Origin: a bacterium
Lineage (GTDB): Bacteria > Patescibacteriota > Andersenbacteria > UBA10190
Direction: 5' to 3'
Length of the DNA stretch: 60,129 nt
Assembly: GCA_030698495.1 (NCBI GenBank)
Contig: JAUYKA010000007.1
Coordinates: 1 to 60,129 of the forward strand
The position numbers and the translations under genes were made by a program. Under the pieces are notes generated by a model that was given only the letters and a program-made list of their open reading frames with translations, had not been told where the DNA came from and searched no databases. Shown piece by piece: positions 35,465 to 42,855 of the stretch; positions within the stretch are counted from its first letter, which is position 1; every line of letters starts with the position of its first letter.

Positions 35465-36082
35465 ATGAATAACCACCCGTCGGGGGTTAAACGAATAGGA
35501 GATTATCTGGCTGCCTTCTGGAAGGCGGTGCGCGAGATGTCTTGGGACACGTTGCATCTTATTCCTGTGGCGGCTTTTTTGTTTGTCAGTAGTGTGCCGA
35601 GTGAGTCTCTGGCTTTCGCGGAACAAGTGGAGTTAGCCCAGAAGCCTTTGATTTTTGAGCGCGATCCCAGCCTGGCCAGTACGGCGATTGTCGGGATTGA
35701 GGCTTGGCCGAAACAGCGTACGGCAGGAGGAGTGCTGGGATCCGGTGTTTCCCGCATACCCGACGCGGCTAAGGAGATTAAAGAAGGCACGGCAATTCGG
35801 GTGTTGTCCACGGCGTATTCTTCTACTTACGATCAAACCGATGCTAATCCTTGGGGGACAGCTTCCGGGACACGCGTACATATGGGCACAATGGCAGCCA
35901 ATTTTCTGCCGTTTGGCACCAAGGTGAGAATCGGCAACACGGTCTATACGGTGGAGGATCGCCTGAACGCGCGCTATAACGGGAAATATATCATTGATAT
36001 CTGGCAGCCTAGTCGGGAAGCGGCGTTGAGGTATGGCGTGCGTGTGGTGGAGATAGAAGTTGTATCGGTGCCATCAGAGTAA
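35465..36082 (+). CDS. 3D-domain (MltA/YabE-like) cell-wall-active protein
   Basis: 205 aa. The C-terminal sequence STAYSS...DANPWGTASGTRV..GT.AAN.LPFGTKVRIGN.VYTVEDR...IDIW is typical of 3D domains. An alternative start lies at 35537. Confidence 0.72.
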   Translation: MNNHPSGVKRIGDYLAAFWKAVREMSWDTLHLIPVAAFLFVSSVPSESLAFAEQVELAQKPLIFERDPSLASTAIVGIEAWPKQRTAGGVLGSGVSRIPDAAKEIKEGTAIRVLSTAYSSTYDQTDANPWGTASGTRVHMGTMAANFLPFGTKVRIGNTVYTVEDRLNARYNGKYIIDIWQPSREAALRYGVRVVEIEVVSVPSE

Positions 36083-36156
36083 ATACAGTAAATTAAGTAA
36101 ATACAGTGAATACAGTTGCTGTACTCGCTGAATTTACTGTATTAACTGTACTCGCT
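36079..36156. repeat. Word-built palindrome, 'TAAATACAG' dialect, overlapping the stop codon of the 3D-domain gene
   Basis: G-TAA-ATACAGTAAATTAAGTAAATACAGTGAATACAG ... CTGAATTTACTGTATTAACTGTACTCGCT. The TAA stop at 36080-36082 is part of the first word. Confidence 0.7.
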
Positions 36157-36224
36157 GGTATGGCCTTGCTATTTTCGTGATATTCGCTATACTTGCTTTT
36201 ACCTTTAGCTAATAGTGCTCTGAT

Positions 36225-36743
36225 ATGGACCTGATCAGATATTTTGAAAAAAAGCAGATTGATAATATTGATCGTCCGCGTTTGCGAGCGGGTGATGTGG
36301 TGCGCGTGGAAACAAAGATACAGGAAGGCGAAAAAGCGCGGTTGCAGACGTTCGAAGGCACCGTATTGGGGGTACGCGGCAGTGGACCTTCGCGGACATT
36401 TACAGTCAGGCGGGAGATCGGCAAGTTTGGTGTGGAGCGTATATTCCCGCTTTTTAGCCCGTTGATTACCAATATCGAAATTACCAGACGACAGAAAGTG
36501 CGTCGGGCTAAGTTGAATTACTTGCGGGAAGTCGGCAAGCGGCGCGTTAAAGAAGACGAGCTGTCCATGCAAAGATACGTGAAGGAAGAAGGGGATAAGA
36601 AGCGGCTGGCGGAGGAGGCTGTCCGACGGGAAGAGGAAGAGAAAATAAAAGCGGAAGCGGAAGTAAAGAAGCAAGTGGAAGCGGTAAAAGAGCAGCCAGA
36701 AAACGAAACTCAAATCGAAAAAGACGCGCCTCCTAAAGAATAA
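36225..36743 (+). CDS. rplS: 50S ribosomal protein L19 with a Glu/Lys-rich C-terminal extension
   Basis: The sequence ...RPRLRAGDVVRVETKIQEGEKARLQTFEGTVLGVRGSG..RTFTVRR...GVERIFPLFSP is followed by about 55 extra residues. Confidence 0.92.
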   Translation: MDLIRYFEKKQIDNIDRPRLRAGDVVRVETKIQEGEKARLQTFEGTVLGVRGSGPSRTFTVRREIGKFGVERIFPLFSPLITNIEITRRQKVRRAKLNYLREVGKRRVKEDELSMQRYVKEEGDKKRLAEEAVRREEEEKIKAEAEVKKQVEAVKEQPENETQIEKDAPPKE

Positions 36744-36776
36744 TTGTCGAACTTATAAATTGATAAATGTTATGTA

Positions 36777-36805
36777 AGCGCCGGTTGTAGATACCGGCGC
36801 TTTCT
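36777..36805 (+). terminator. Intrinsic terminator after rplS
   Basis: AGCGCCGGT-TGTAGAT-ACCGGCGCT-TTCT. Confidence 0.6.
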
Positions 36806-36823
36806 GGTATTACATGAAGACAA

Positions 36824-36898
36824 GGCGCGGTGGCGATGTAGCTAACGCGACGGTTTGTCTCGCTACGCGGGATCTGGCGTAACCATGACAAAACCTTA
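36824..36898 (+). other. 5' portion of a tRNA-like gene (copy A of a duplicated segment)
   Basis: GGCGCGG at 36824-36830 can pair with CTGCGCC at 37304-37310. Positions 36856-36895 repeat at 37240-37279 with 39 of 40 nt identical. Confidence 0.4.
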
Positions 36899-36910
36899 AT
36901 CTTTGTAGAT

Positions 36911-37153
36911 ATGCCCTATTATGTGTATATTCTTAAAAGTCTAAAGAATAATGATTTATATGTAGGTAGTACGGAGAATGTTGAGCAACGTCTATTCTTA
37001 AAGGGTAGTGTAAAATCAACAAAAGGATATCGTCCATGGGTACTTCTTGAATGCTATACTTACTACACTAGAAGTGACGCCGTGAAGCAAGAGAGGCACT
37101 TTAAACAACATCAACAAAAAGAATTGTTGAGAGCAAAACATAAGGCCGAGTAG
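36911..37153 (+). CDS. Small GIY-YIG nuclease-family protein
   Basis: 80 aa starting MPYYVYILKS..NDLYVGSTENVEQR... The stop codon lies 10 nt inside tRNA-Cys. Confidence 0.75.
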   Translation: MPYYVYILKSLKNNDLYVGSTENVEQRLFLKGSVKSTKGYRPWVLLECYTYYTRSDAVKQERHFKQHQQKELLRAKHKAE

Positions 37154-37215
37154 CCAAGTAGTAAGGCAGAGGTCTGCAAAACCTCTATACGCGAGTGCAA
37201 TTCTCGCCTCGGCCT
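37144..37215 (+). tRNA. tRNA-Cys (anticodon GCA), discriminator U73, unusual T-loop TGCAATT
   Basis: Acceptor GGCCGAG/CTCGGCC, anticodon stem-loop GAGGT-CTGCAAA-ACCTC and T-arm GCGAG-TGCAATT-CTCGC. Confidence 0.8.
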
Positions 37216-37217
37216 CA

Positions 37218-37313
37218 AGGTGATGGTAAGGCGGGGGTCTGTCTCGCTACGCGGGATCTGGCGTAGCCATGACAAAACCCTTATACATGGGTGCAAATCC
37301 CATCTGCGCCCCA
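37218..37313 (+). other. 3' portion of a tRNA-like gene (copy B of the duplicated segment plus T-arm and acceptor 3' strand)
   Basis: The repeat copy lies at 37240-37279, followed by ATGGG-TGCAAAT-CCCAT and CTGCGCC-C-CA. I could not fold a convincing anticodon arm. Confidence 0.4.
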
Positions 37314-37368
37314 ATAAAACTTATAGGGTATACGTTTAGGATTATGAATAATGTACTATTACCTTTTA

Positions 37369-37377
37369 TGGTATAAT
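37369..37377 (+). promoter_or_regulatory. Extended -10 element TGG-TATAAT, 7 nt upstream of the HNH gene's ATG
   Basis: TG lies at 37369-37370, TATAAT at 37372-37377 and ATG at 37384. This implies a leaderless transcript. Confidence 0.45.
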
Positions 37378-37383
37378 TTAAAG

Positions 37384-37863
37384 ATGGGTAGTCGAAGATC
37401 TTGGACAGCTAGCCAACTTAAAAGCGCTGTAAAAACATCATTGAGTTACCGTCAAGTAATAGAAAAACTTGGTCTTCGCCCAGCGGGTGGTAATTATTAT
37501 CAACTTCAAAAGTATGTTAAGGAATATGGACTTGATACTTCTCACTTTAAGGGTAGCGCTTGGAATAAGGGGTTGAAAGGAATTGGGAAGCCGCGTATAA
37601 AGATTAAAGATATCTTAGTTAAGGGAAGTACTTTCCAAAGCTATAAGCTAAAACAAAGGCTATTTAAAGAAAATCTTAAGCCTCAAAAATGTGAAATTTG
37701 TGGCTGGTCAGAACGAACATCTACTGGTCATTTGCCACTTGAAGTTGATCATATTAATGGTGATAGAACAGATCACAGGCTTAAAAACCTGAGAATTCTT
37801 TGCCCTAATTGTCACAGTTTGACTCCTAACTATAGATATCGTAGAGGTAAGAGTAAAAAATAA
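37384..37863 (+). CDS. HNH homing-type endonuclease
   Basis: CEICGW...LEVDHINGDRTDHRLKNLRILCPNCH (an HNH/zinc motif). The ORF could extend to 37351, but the -10 box lies inside that extension. It ends 3 nt before tRNA-Leu(TAA). Confidence 0.8.
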   Translation: MGSRRSWTASQLKSAVKTSLSYRQVIEKLGLRPAGGNYYQLQKYVKEYGLDTSHFKGSAWNKGLKGIGKPRIKIKDILVKGSTFQSYKLKQRLFKENLKPQKCEICGWSERTSTGHLPLEVDHINGDRTDHRLKNLRILCPNCHSLTPNYRYRRGKSKK

Positions 37864-37866
37864 CTT

Positions 37867-37948
37867 GCCCGGGTGGTGGAACTGGTTTACACGCACGACT
37901 TAAGATCGTGTGCCGCAAGGCATGTGGGTTCGAATCCCACTCCGGGCA
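37867..37948 (+). tRNA. tRNA-Leu (anticodon TAA), class II
   Basis: Acceptor GCCCGGG/TCCGGGC, anticodon stem-loop CACGA-CTTAAGA-TCGTG, variable arm GCC-GCAA-GGC and T-arm GTGGG-TTCGAAT-CCCAC. Confidence 0.88.
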
Positions 37949-38157
37949 CAGTGATCCGTACCCCATAAAGTAGACACGGAGGTACAATGTCCATGATTTC
38001 TTTTGTTAGAATTAATCATTAACAAAAGAACATGAGAACAATATTTTCAAATAAACAAATCGCGCGGTTAAAAAAGAATCCGTGCGTATGGCACGTTAGC
38101 GAACGCTCGATTACATCAATCGCAACCGCGCGGCGTAAGAAAACGCAAAAGGTAAAA

Positions 38158-38463
38158 CTAAAAATGCAAAACTATGGCATCGCCTTTGGCGATCTCTTGA
38201 AAATTAGATAATTTAGCGCTTTGGTTGGTTAAGAGTTGCTTGGCTGTTTTGGCACGAGGTAAGCGGTATAGCTTAAGTGTTTTGGTGTTGAAGGGCAGTT
38301 TTACGCGCAGGAGATAAATTGATTTATCGTCCCATTTTTCCCATAGTTCTACGCCTTTTTCACGGGTTTCGGTTGAAAAAATATCAAGCAGACGATCGTC
38401 TTTTTCGACGCGCACATAATCGTTGATGAAAAGTGATTTTAACAGACTGATGTAAGTGGTCAT
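38158..38463 (-). CDS. Hypothetical protein
   Basis: 101-aa ORF with no recognisable motif. It is followed upstream by a palindromic spacer. Confidence 0.4.
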   Translation of the reverse strand: MTTYISLLKSLFINDYVRVEKDDRLLDIFSTETREKGVELWEKWDDKSIYLLRVKLPFNTKTLKLYRLPRAKTAKQLLTNQSAKLSNFQEIAKGDAIVLHF

Positions 38464-38480
38464 GGGTTTGTAAATATTAT

Positions 38481-38553
38481 AGTAGTAAGCAGCAAGTAGT
38501 AAGTAGTCAGGGGATATTCGGCGTAGTTTCTTGCTACGTGCTACTTGCTACTA
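38481..38553. repeat. Word-built palindrome, 'GTAGTAAGCAG' dialect, overlapping the 3' end of the pseudouridine synthase gene
   Basis: AGTAGTAAGCAGCAAGTAGTAAGTAG ... CTACGTGCTACTTGCTACTA. Related copies lie at 2987-3035 and 50935-51030. Confidence 0.65.
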
Positions 38554-39493
38554 ATGTATCGAGTATATACTCAAAATCAGCGGGCAGTGGTGCTGCTACG
38601 GTTTTCTTTTTGCCTGTCGGCAGGGCAAAGGTTATTTTTTCGGCATGGAGAAGTTGATGCGTTACACCGGCAGGCGGGCGCTGACGCTTGAAAACGTAGA
38701 GAGCATCACCGACAATAGGAAAGCCCAGAAAGTGCAGGTGAGCGCGGATCTGGTGGGTGCGTCCGGTAAGAGGATAAACACGCAAAAGAGCAAATTTACC
38801 GAACTTTTTTTCCAGACGCCATTCGGTAACGGCGGGTTTACCTTGCTCGTCTATAGTACGACGTAAGGGATTGCGCTTACTGCGTATTAAGGGGCGGGTA
38901 ATGCGTCCGTCGGTACCACCGGGAACGCCGAATACCAGCGCCAGATATTCTTTTTTAACTCGTCTTTTTTTGAATTGCTCTTTGAGATCAAGAAAGGCTT
39001 TTTGGGTTTTGGCAATGATTAAAGCACCGCTGGTGTCTTTATCAAGACGGTGAACGATGCCGGGTCGAGCGGGGTCGTCACCGACTGACGCGGCGGCGGG
39101 ATAGCGCGCGGCAAACCAGGAGGAGATGGTTGACTTTTGTTCATTGCCCGCGCCGGGATGGACGGAAATTCCGGCGGGCTTGTTAATAACAACCACATCA
39201 GAGTCTTCAAAAAGTATGGACGGGTTGATGGCGGGCAGGGGAGAAAGGGGGTGTTTAGCCGGCGGATTTATGTTGATACTGACGCTGTCTCCGGTTTTGA
39301 TAATTTGACGGGGTTTGACGATTTTACCGTTTAACAGAACATCTCCGACTTTAACGGCGCGTTGAATGACGGCTCTGGATAAATTGGGGGTGAGGCTGAC
39401 ACAAAAAAGATCAAGACGCTGGCCGGCTTGAGTGTCCGCCACAATAATCGGTGCTACTTTTCCACTGTCCGGCTCTTGACTTGTCGGTGACAT
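38534..39493 (-). CDS. RluA-family (RluD-like) 23S rRNA pseudouridine synthase
   Basis: An S4-like N-terminus and the catalytic motifs GIVHRLDKDTSG and HQIRAHL. Confidence 0.88.
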   Translation of the reverse strand: MSPTSQEPDSGKVAPIIVADTQAGQRLDLFCVSLTPNLSRAVIQRAVKVGDVLLNGKIVKPRQIIKTGDSVSININPPAKHPLSPLPAINPSILFEDSDVVVINKPAGISVHPGAGNEQKSTISSWFAARYPAAASVGDDPARPGIVHRLDKDTSGALIIAKTQKAFLDLKEQFKKRRVKKEYLALVFGVPGGTDGRITRPLIRSKRNPLRRTIDEQGKPAVTEWRLEKKFGKFALLRVYPLTGRTHQIRAHLHFLGFPIVGDALYVFKRQRPPAGVTHQLLHAEKITFALPTGKKKTVAAPLPADFEYILDTLVASST

Positions 39494-39527
39494 AGAGAGA
39501 AGCTAATTAAAATGTCTAAAGAATTTC

Positions 39528-39765
39528 ACCCAGTAATACAACCCCGCCAAGCCTTGCCTTGTTGGGGGCAAGCGTGGGGTAAGTTTGCAAGAAGTTGTTT
39601 ATATCAATTGAGCTTATTCTTAAGTAAAACCTTGGCGGCAAGCCATAAGTTTGACCGGGCGGGGTTGATATACTGGGTTATAACACCTTGTTAGCAGAAA
39701 CACCAATTTTATTGCTCTATCTCGACCTCTGGAGAAAACGACCAGCGTAAGCTGGTCGTTTTTTT
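39528..39765 (+). ncRNA. Candidate structured leader or small RNA ending in a GNRA-capped intrinsic terminator
   Basis: A 21-bp closing helix pairs 39528-39548 with 39658-39678. An alternative pairing joins CCGCCAAG (39544) to CTTGGCGG (39631). The terminator is CGACCAGC-GTAA-GCTGGTCG-TTTTTTT at 39739-39765. Confidence 0.35.
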
Positions 39766-39818
39766 GAGAGGTGAAAAGAGAGTAGTTGTACTTTACAACC
39801 AAATCAGGGGGTGGCTAA

Positions 39819-40373
39819 ATGAGCGCTTCGCTTGCGTGTTCCATGGTCGGACATTGGGAGGCAAAACAAGTGGTCGCGGTAGCAACCAGAAACCGCGGCG
39901 GTGATGACTGTAACGGCTTTGGGCTGTTACCGGTCTGGATGACATTCCCCGAGGCTTTTGCCATGGTAAGCAGCCTGCTGCCACTCTTGAAGCAGGAAGA
40001 GGCCTTGGGCATGATCATGCGGGTGGAAGAGGTGGCCTTTCGTTTGGTCAATCAAAAAGTTTTCGATCGTGACGGCTTGCCCAAGATGATTGCCCGGGCT
40101 TTTAATTGGCGGGTGATGGAGGCGGCTTACCTGGTCATGCGGAGAAAGCAAGGCGAAGATTTTACGTTCCGCGTCTGGGTAATACGGTCTGACGGCCGGA
40201 CAAGAATCAGGCGTGTTCATAGCAGCTGGTTGCTGGGACACGGCGCCGACCAACACATCAAAACGGTTGAGAAGGCCGAGGAGATGCTGCAAGAGCGTTT
40301 TGCTTACTTTGCCCTGAATGACTGCGGAGAGCCGGTGCTGGAGAACAAGCAAGGGGTTTCCTGCTTGGTTTAG
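39819..40373 (+). CDS. Hypothetical protein
   Basis: 184 aa. The ATG is preceded by AGGGGGTGG. I recognised no family. Confidence 0.5.
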   Translation: MSASLACSMVGHWEAKQVVAVATRNRGGDDCNGFGLLPVWMTFPEAFAMVSSLLPLLKQEEALGMIMRVEEVAFRLVNQKVFDRDGLPKMIARAFNWRVMEAAYLVMRRKQGEDFTFRVWVIRSDGRTRIRRVHSSWLLGHGADQHIKTVEKAEEMLQERFAYFALNDCGEPVLENKQGVSCLV

Positions 40374-40381
40374 GCATACAC

Positions 40382-40416
40382 GAGGTTGCGTTACAATACG
40401 CAACCTCATTTCTTTT
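40382..40416 (+). terminator. Intrinsic terminator
   Basis: GAGGTTGCG-TTACAATA-CGCAACCTC-ATTTCTTTT. Confidence 0.65.
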
Positions 40417-40426
40417 GTGTGATGTG

Positions 40427-40498
40427 TGGGCCCGGCAGGGGTCGAACCTGCGACCACGCGCTTATAAGACGCGCGCTCTACCACTGAGCTACGGACCC
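40427..40498 (-). tRNA. tRNA-Ile (anticodon TAT)
   Basis: The reverse complement reads GGGTCCG...GAGC-G-CGCGT-CTTATAA-GCGCG-TGGTC-GCAGG-TTCGACC-CCTGC-CGGGCCC-A. Confidence 0.82.
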
Positions 40499-40559
40499 AA
40501 TTCTCGTATACTCTTTATTGCACCTTTTAATTATTTTGGCTATAGTTTTTTTGTTTCCA

Positions 40560-40632
40560 GCGCGTGTAGCTCAGTGGTTAGAGCGCCACATTGACATTGT
40601 GGAGGCCGGTGGTTCGATCCCACCCTCGCGCA
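40560..40632 (+). tRNA. tRNA-Val (anticodon GAC)
   Basis: Acceptor GCGCGTG/CTCGCGC (one U-U mismatch), anticodon stem-loop CCACA-TTGACAT-TGTGG and T-arm GGTGG-TTCGATC-CCACC. Confidence 0.85.
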
Positions 40633-40639
40633 CAGATAG

Positions 40640-40758
40640 AGTCAGGGCAACAGAGGATTGATGTGGTGGAGCTTCAAAAGTTTGCGAAGATGTATGAGAA
40701 AGATGTCAGTTATTTTTTAAACAGATTCAACTATAATTTCAATAACCGGCGTTTATGA
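40640..40758 (+). pseudogene. Start-less 3' remnant of an XRE/HTH-type gene abutting tRNA-Val
   Basis: The frame reads ...GQQRIDVVELQKFAKMYEKDVSYFLNRFNYNFNNRRL*. It has no start codon because the frame runs back into the tRNA. Its stop overlaps the ATG at 40755 as ATGA. Confidence 0.3.
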
Positions 40759-41333
40759 TTACAGATTCGCAAATTTTCATAGTGGTTGATATCGAGGCAG
40801 ACGGACCGGCAGTTGGCCTTAATTCGATGCTCAGTCTTGCGGCGGTAGCCACGACTACCGACAAGGAAGTGTCTCATTTTTATCGAAAAATCACACCGCT
40901 ACCCGGCGCATCCGCTGACCCCGGTACGACTCTGTGGTGGAAGGAACATCCAGATGCATGGAAAGAAGCGACTTCTGACTCTGAGGAACCTGAACGCGTT
41001 ATGGTCGACTTCTTTCGTTGGGTAATAGAGCTAGGACGCGAGCCGATATTCGTTTCAAATCCCACGAGTCTCGACTACACTTTTGTCAGTTGGTATTTAT
41101 TCCGCTTCGCGCAGGGCAATCCTTTCAAGAATGAAAAAAACAGTATTCGCGCCCTCGATCTTAAATCCTACGTGGCCGGAAAATATAGTTTAACGTTCGA
41201 CAAGGCAAGGCGTGTATATTGGCCCGAAGAATTAATCAAGGGCATGCCGAATCATACGCATAATGCGCTTGACGACGCAAAAGGATATGCTGTAGTATTG
41301 CGCAACCTTATCGCTATGCGCGATAAGTCTTGA
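40755..41333 (+). CDS. DEDDh (DnaQ-like) 3'-5' exonuclease domain protein
   Basis: 192 aa with Exo I VVDIEADGP and Exo III HNALDDAKGYA. Confidence 0.68.
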   Translation: MITDSQIFIVVDIEADGPAVGLNSMLSLAAVATTTDKEVSHFYRKITPLPGASADPGTTLWWKEHPDAWKEATSDSEEPERVMVDFFRWVIELGREPIFVSNPTSLDYTFVSWYLFRFAQGNPFKNEKNSIRALDLKSYVAGKYSLTFDKARRVYWPEELIKGMPNHTHNALDDAKGYAVVLRNLIAMRDKS

Positions 41334-41354
41334 TCTTTGAAAAAGGAGCGCCAG

Positions 41355-42059
41355 ATGCGAAAGACAATTGTCACTGCGGCCGGGCCTAATATGGCTCCGG
41401 TTCTTACTACGTTCGCCCTTCCGTTATTCGCTTCGTTTGCGGACCGTCACAGCTATAGGATGCAGGTGACGTATGTGACGGAAGATGACGCAGACCGATG
41501 GAGCGCAACCGCAAAAAGCGTCCGATGGCAAAAACTGCGTCTGATTAGGTCGGCCCTAGAACAAAGCGATGTCGTCGTATGGTTCGACGCGGATGTGCTG
41601 ATTTGTCGATCTGATACGGATATCGTTGATTTACTCGGCACGACCGACTACCAAGGCCTCGTACTCCACTCGGTACCATCCGAAAACCGAATTAATCCCA
41701 ACACTGGAGTATGGGTGATCAGAAATACCGAGAAAGCTTTTCGGTTTCTGGATACTGCCATGGAAATCGGTATACCGGCAGGCCGTTGGGCTGATCAAGG
41801 GGCAGTATTACGAGCACTCGGGTGGGTTCTCGGTAACGAGCACTATGACGGTGCGCGAATGCCCGATAAACCGACCGAATTTATGCACGGCACCACGTGG
41901 CTACCGATCGGCTGGAATCAGCCGTACTTGGAAAAGTATCTTTGCCGGCCAATGGATCCGAATCCGTTTGCCGTCCACTTCATGGGAATGTCTATTGCCG
42001 ATCGCATGAAATACATGCGGGAGGTCGCAGACCGTTATGCAAACCAGAGACCCGAATAG
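41355..42059 (+). CDS. Nucleotide-diphospho-sugar (GT-A, GMA12/MNN10- or DUF273-like) glycosyltransferase
   Basis: ATG at 41355 follows AAGGAG. The motifs are a DxD in VVWFDADVLI and NTGVWVIRN. The assignment rests on resemblance only. Confidence 0.55.
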   Translation: MRKTIVTAAGPNMAPVLTTFALPLFASFADRHSYRMQVTYVTEDDADRWSATAKSVRWQKLRLIRSALEQSDVVVWFDADVLICRSDTDIVDLLGTTDYQGLVLHSVPSENRINPNTGVWVIRNTEKAFRFLDTAMEIGIPAGRWADQGAVLRALGWVLGNEHYDGARMPDKPTEFMHGTTWLPIGWNQPYLEKYLCRPMDPNPFAVHFMGMSIADRMKYMREVADRYANQRPE

Positions 42060-42068
42060 GAGGGCAAG

Positions 42069-42851
42069 ATGTCAAACCAATCCGCAAAACGTCTCGTGCT
42101 TGGATTTAAGGTTCTCAAGAAAGTTCCAGCGGTTCTTCGTCCGCTGACAGATCATGTTGTGGCATGTTATCGTCGCCACCACGCTGACCTGCAATCAGTC
42201 TTCGTCATAGGTAGTGTTGCTGTAGGAGAATGGACGGAAGGAGTGAGTGACGTGGATGTCGTCGGCGTGGTGGATCACGCGTTCACAACCGAAGATGAGG
42301 ATCCACGACGGCACGAATTGACAGAGCTTGGAAAATCTTTTCCTCAGGTGTCGTTCATCAACAATTCGACACTCAGTCTAGAAGCGCTGCAGGAGAAAAA
42401 TCCCGACGCGATGTCAATCGATCGAGCGAGAATTATAGCAGTGACAGGGCTGCTCGTATCGGGCCAGAAACTGGACTTCCACGATTACCTTCCGACGGTC
42501 GAAGCAATGGCCTACGGACGCGCAGCTCGCGCTAAGATACTGATGGGGAGATATCGACTCGGTATCATCAACGAACCGTTTCGAAGCAACCCTAAGTTAC
42601 TCGCGCGTTCGTGCGCAAAAGCGGCTATTCGCGTGCTGTCAGGCATAACCATTCTTCGTGGCGCGATATTTTATGCTTCTCCCCATAAAACAGCCGCAAT
42701 GGTCACGAGATATGCACCAGAGGCAGTGCCTCTCGCATACAGAGCTCTCGCAATCGTGGATGGTGCCGTGTCAGAACCGAACGAGGCGATGGGTATTGCC
42801 GAGCAAGCCGTAGAGATGTTCTACGAGCTGTACCCTGAACCTTTGGCTTGA
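42069..42851 (+). CDS. Nucleotidyltransferase-fold protein (AadA/ANT-like architecture)
   Basis: 260 aa with AGGAGG 6 nt upstream, the NTase motif VFVIGSVAVGEWTEGVSDVDVVGVVD and a helical C-terminal domain. Confidence 0.6.
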   Translation: MSNQSAKRLVLGFKVLKKVPAVLRPLTDHVVACYRRHHADLQSVFVIGSVAVGEWTEGVSDVDVVGVVDHAFTTEDEDPRRHELTELGKSFPQVSFINNSTLSLEALQEKNPDAMSIDRARIIAVTGLLVSGQKLDFHDYLPTVEAMAYGRAARAKILMGRYRLGIINEPFRSNPKLLARSCAKAAIRVLSGITILRGAIFYASPHKTAAMVTRYAPEAVPLAYRALAIVDGAVSEPNEAMGIAEQAVEMFYELYPEPLA

Positions 42852-42855
42852 ACAA

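Noticed and set aside
38032-38211. 59-aa plus-strand ORF (MRTIFSNKQIARLKKNPCVWHVSERSI...) reminiscent of the N-terminal HTH of some IS-family OrfA proteins. It could be a transposase remnant.
   Set aside because: The ORF is too short and the resemblance too vague to support. No transposase body, inverted repeats or target duplication are nearby. It overlaps the 3' end of the minus-strand ORF 38158-38463.
39512-39694. 60-aa ORF (MSKEFHPVIQPRQALPCWGQ...) in the spacer after the pseudouridine synthase gene.
   Set aside because: It coincides with a region that folds into long helices and ends at a terminator. Its composition and lack of SD suggest non-coding RNA or a leader rather than a protein.
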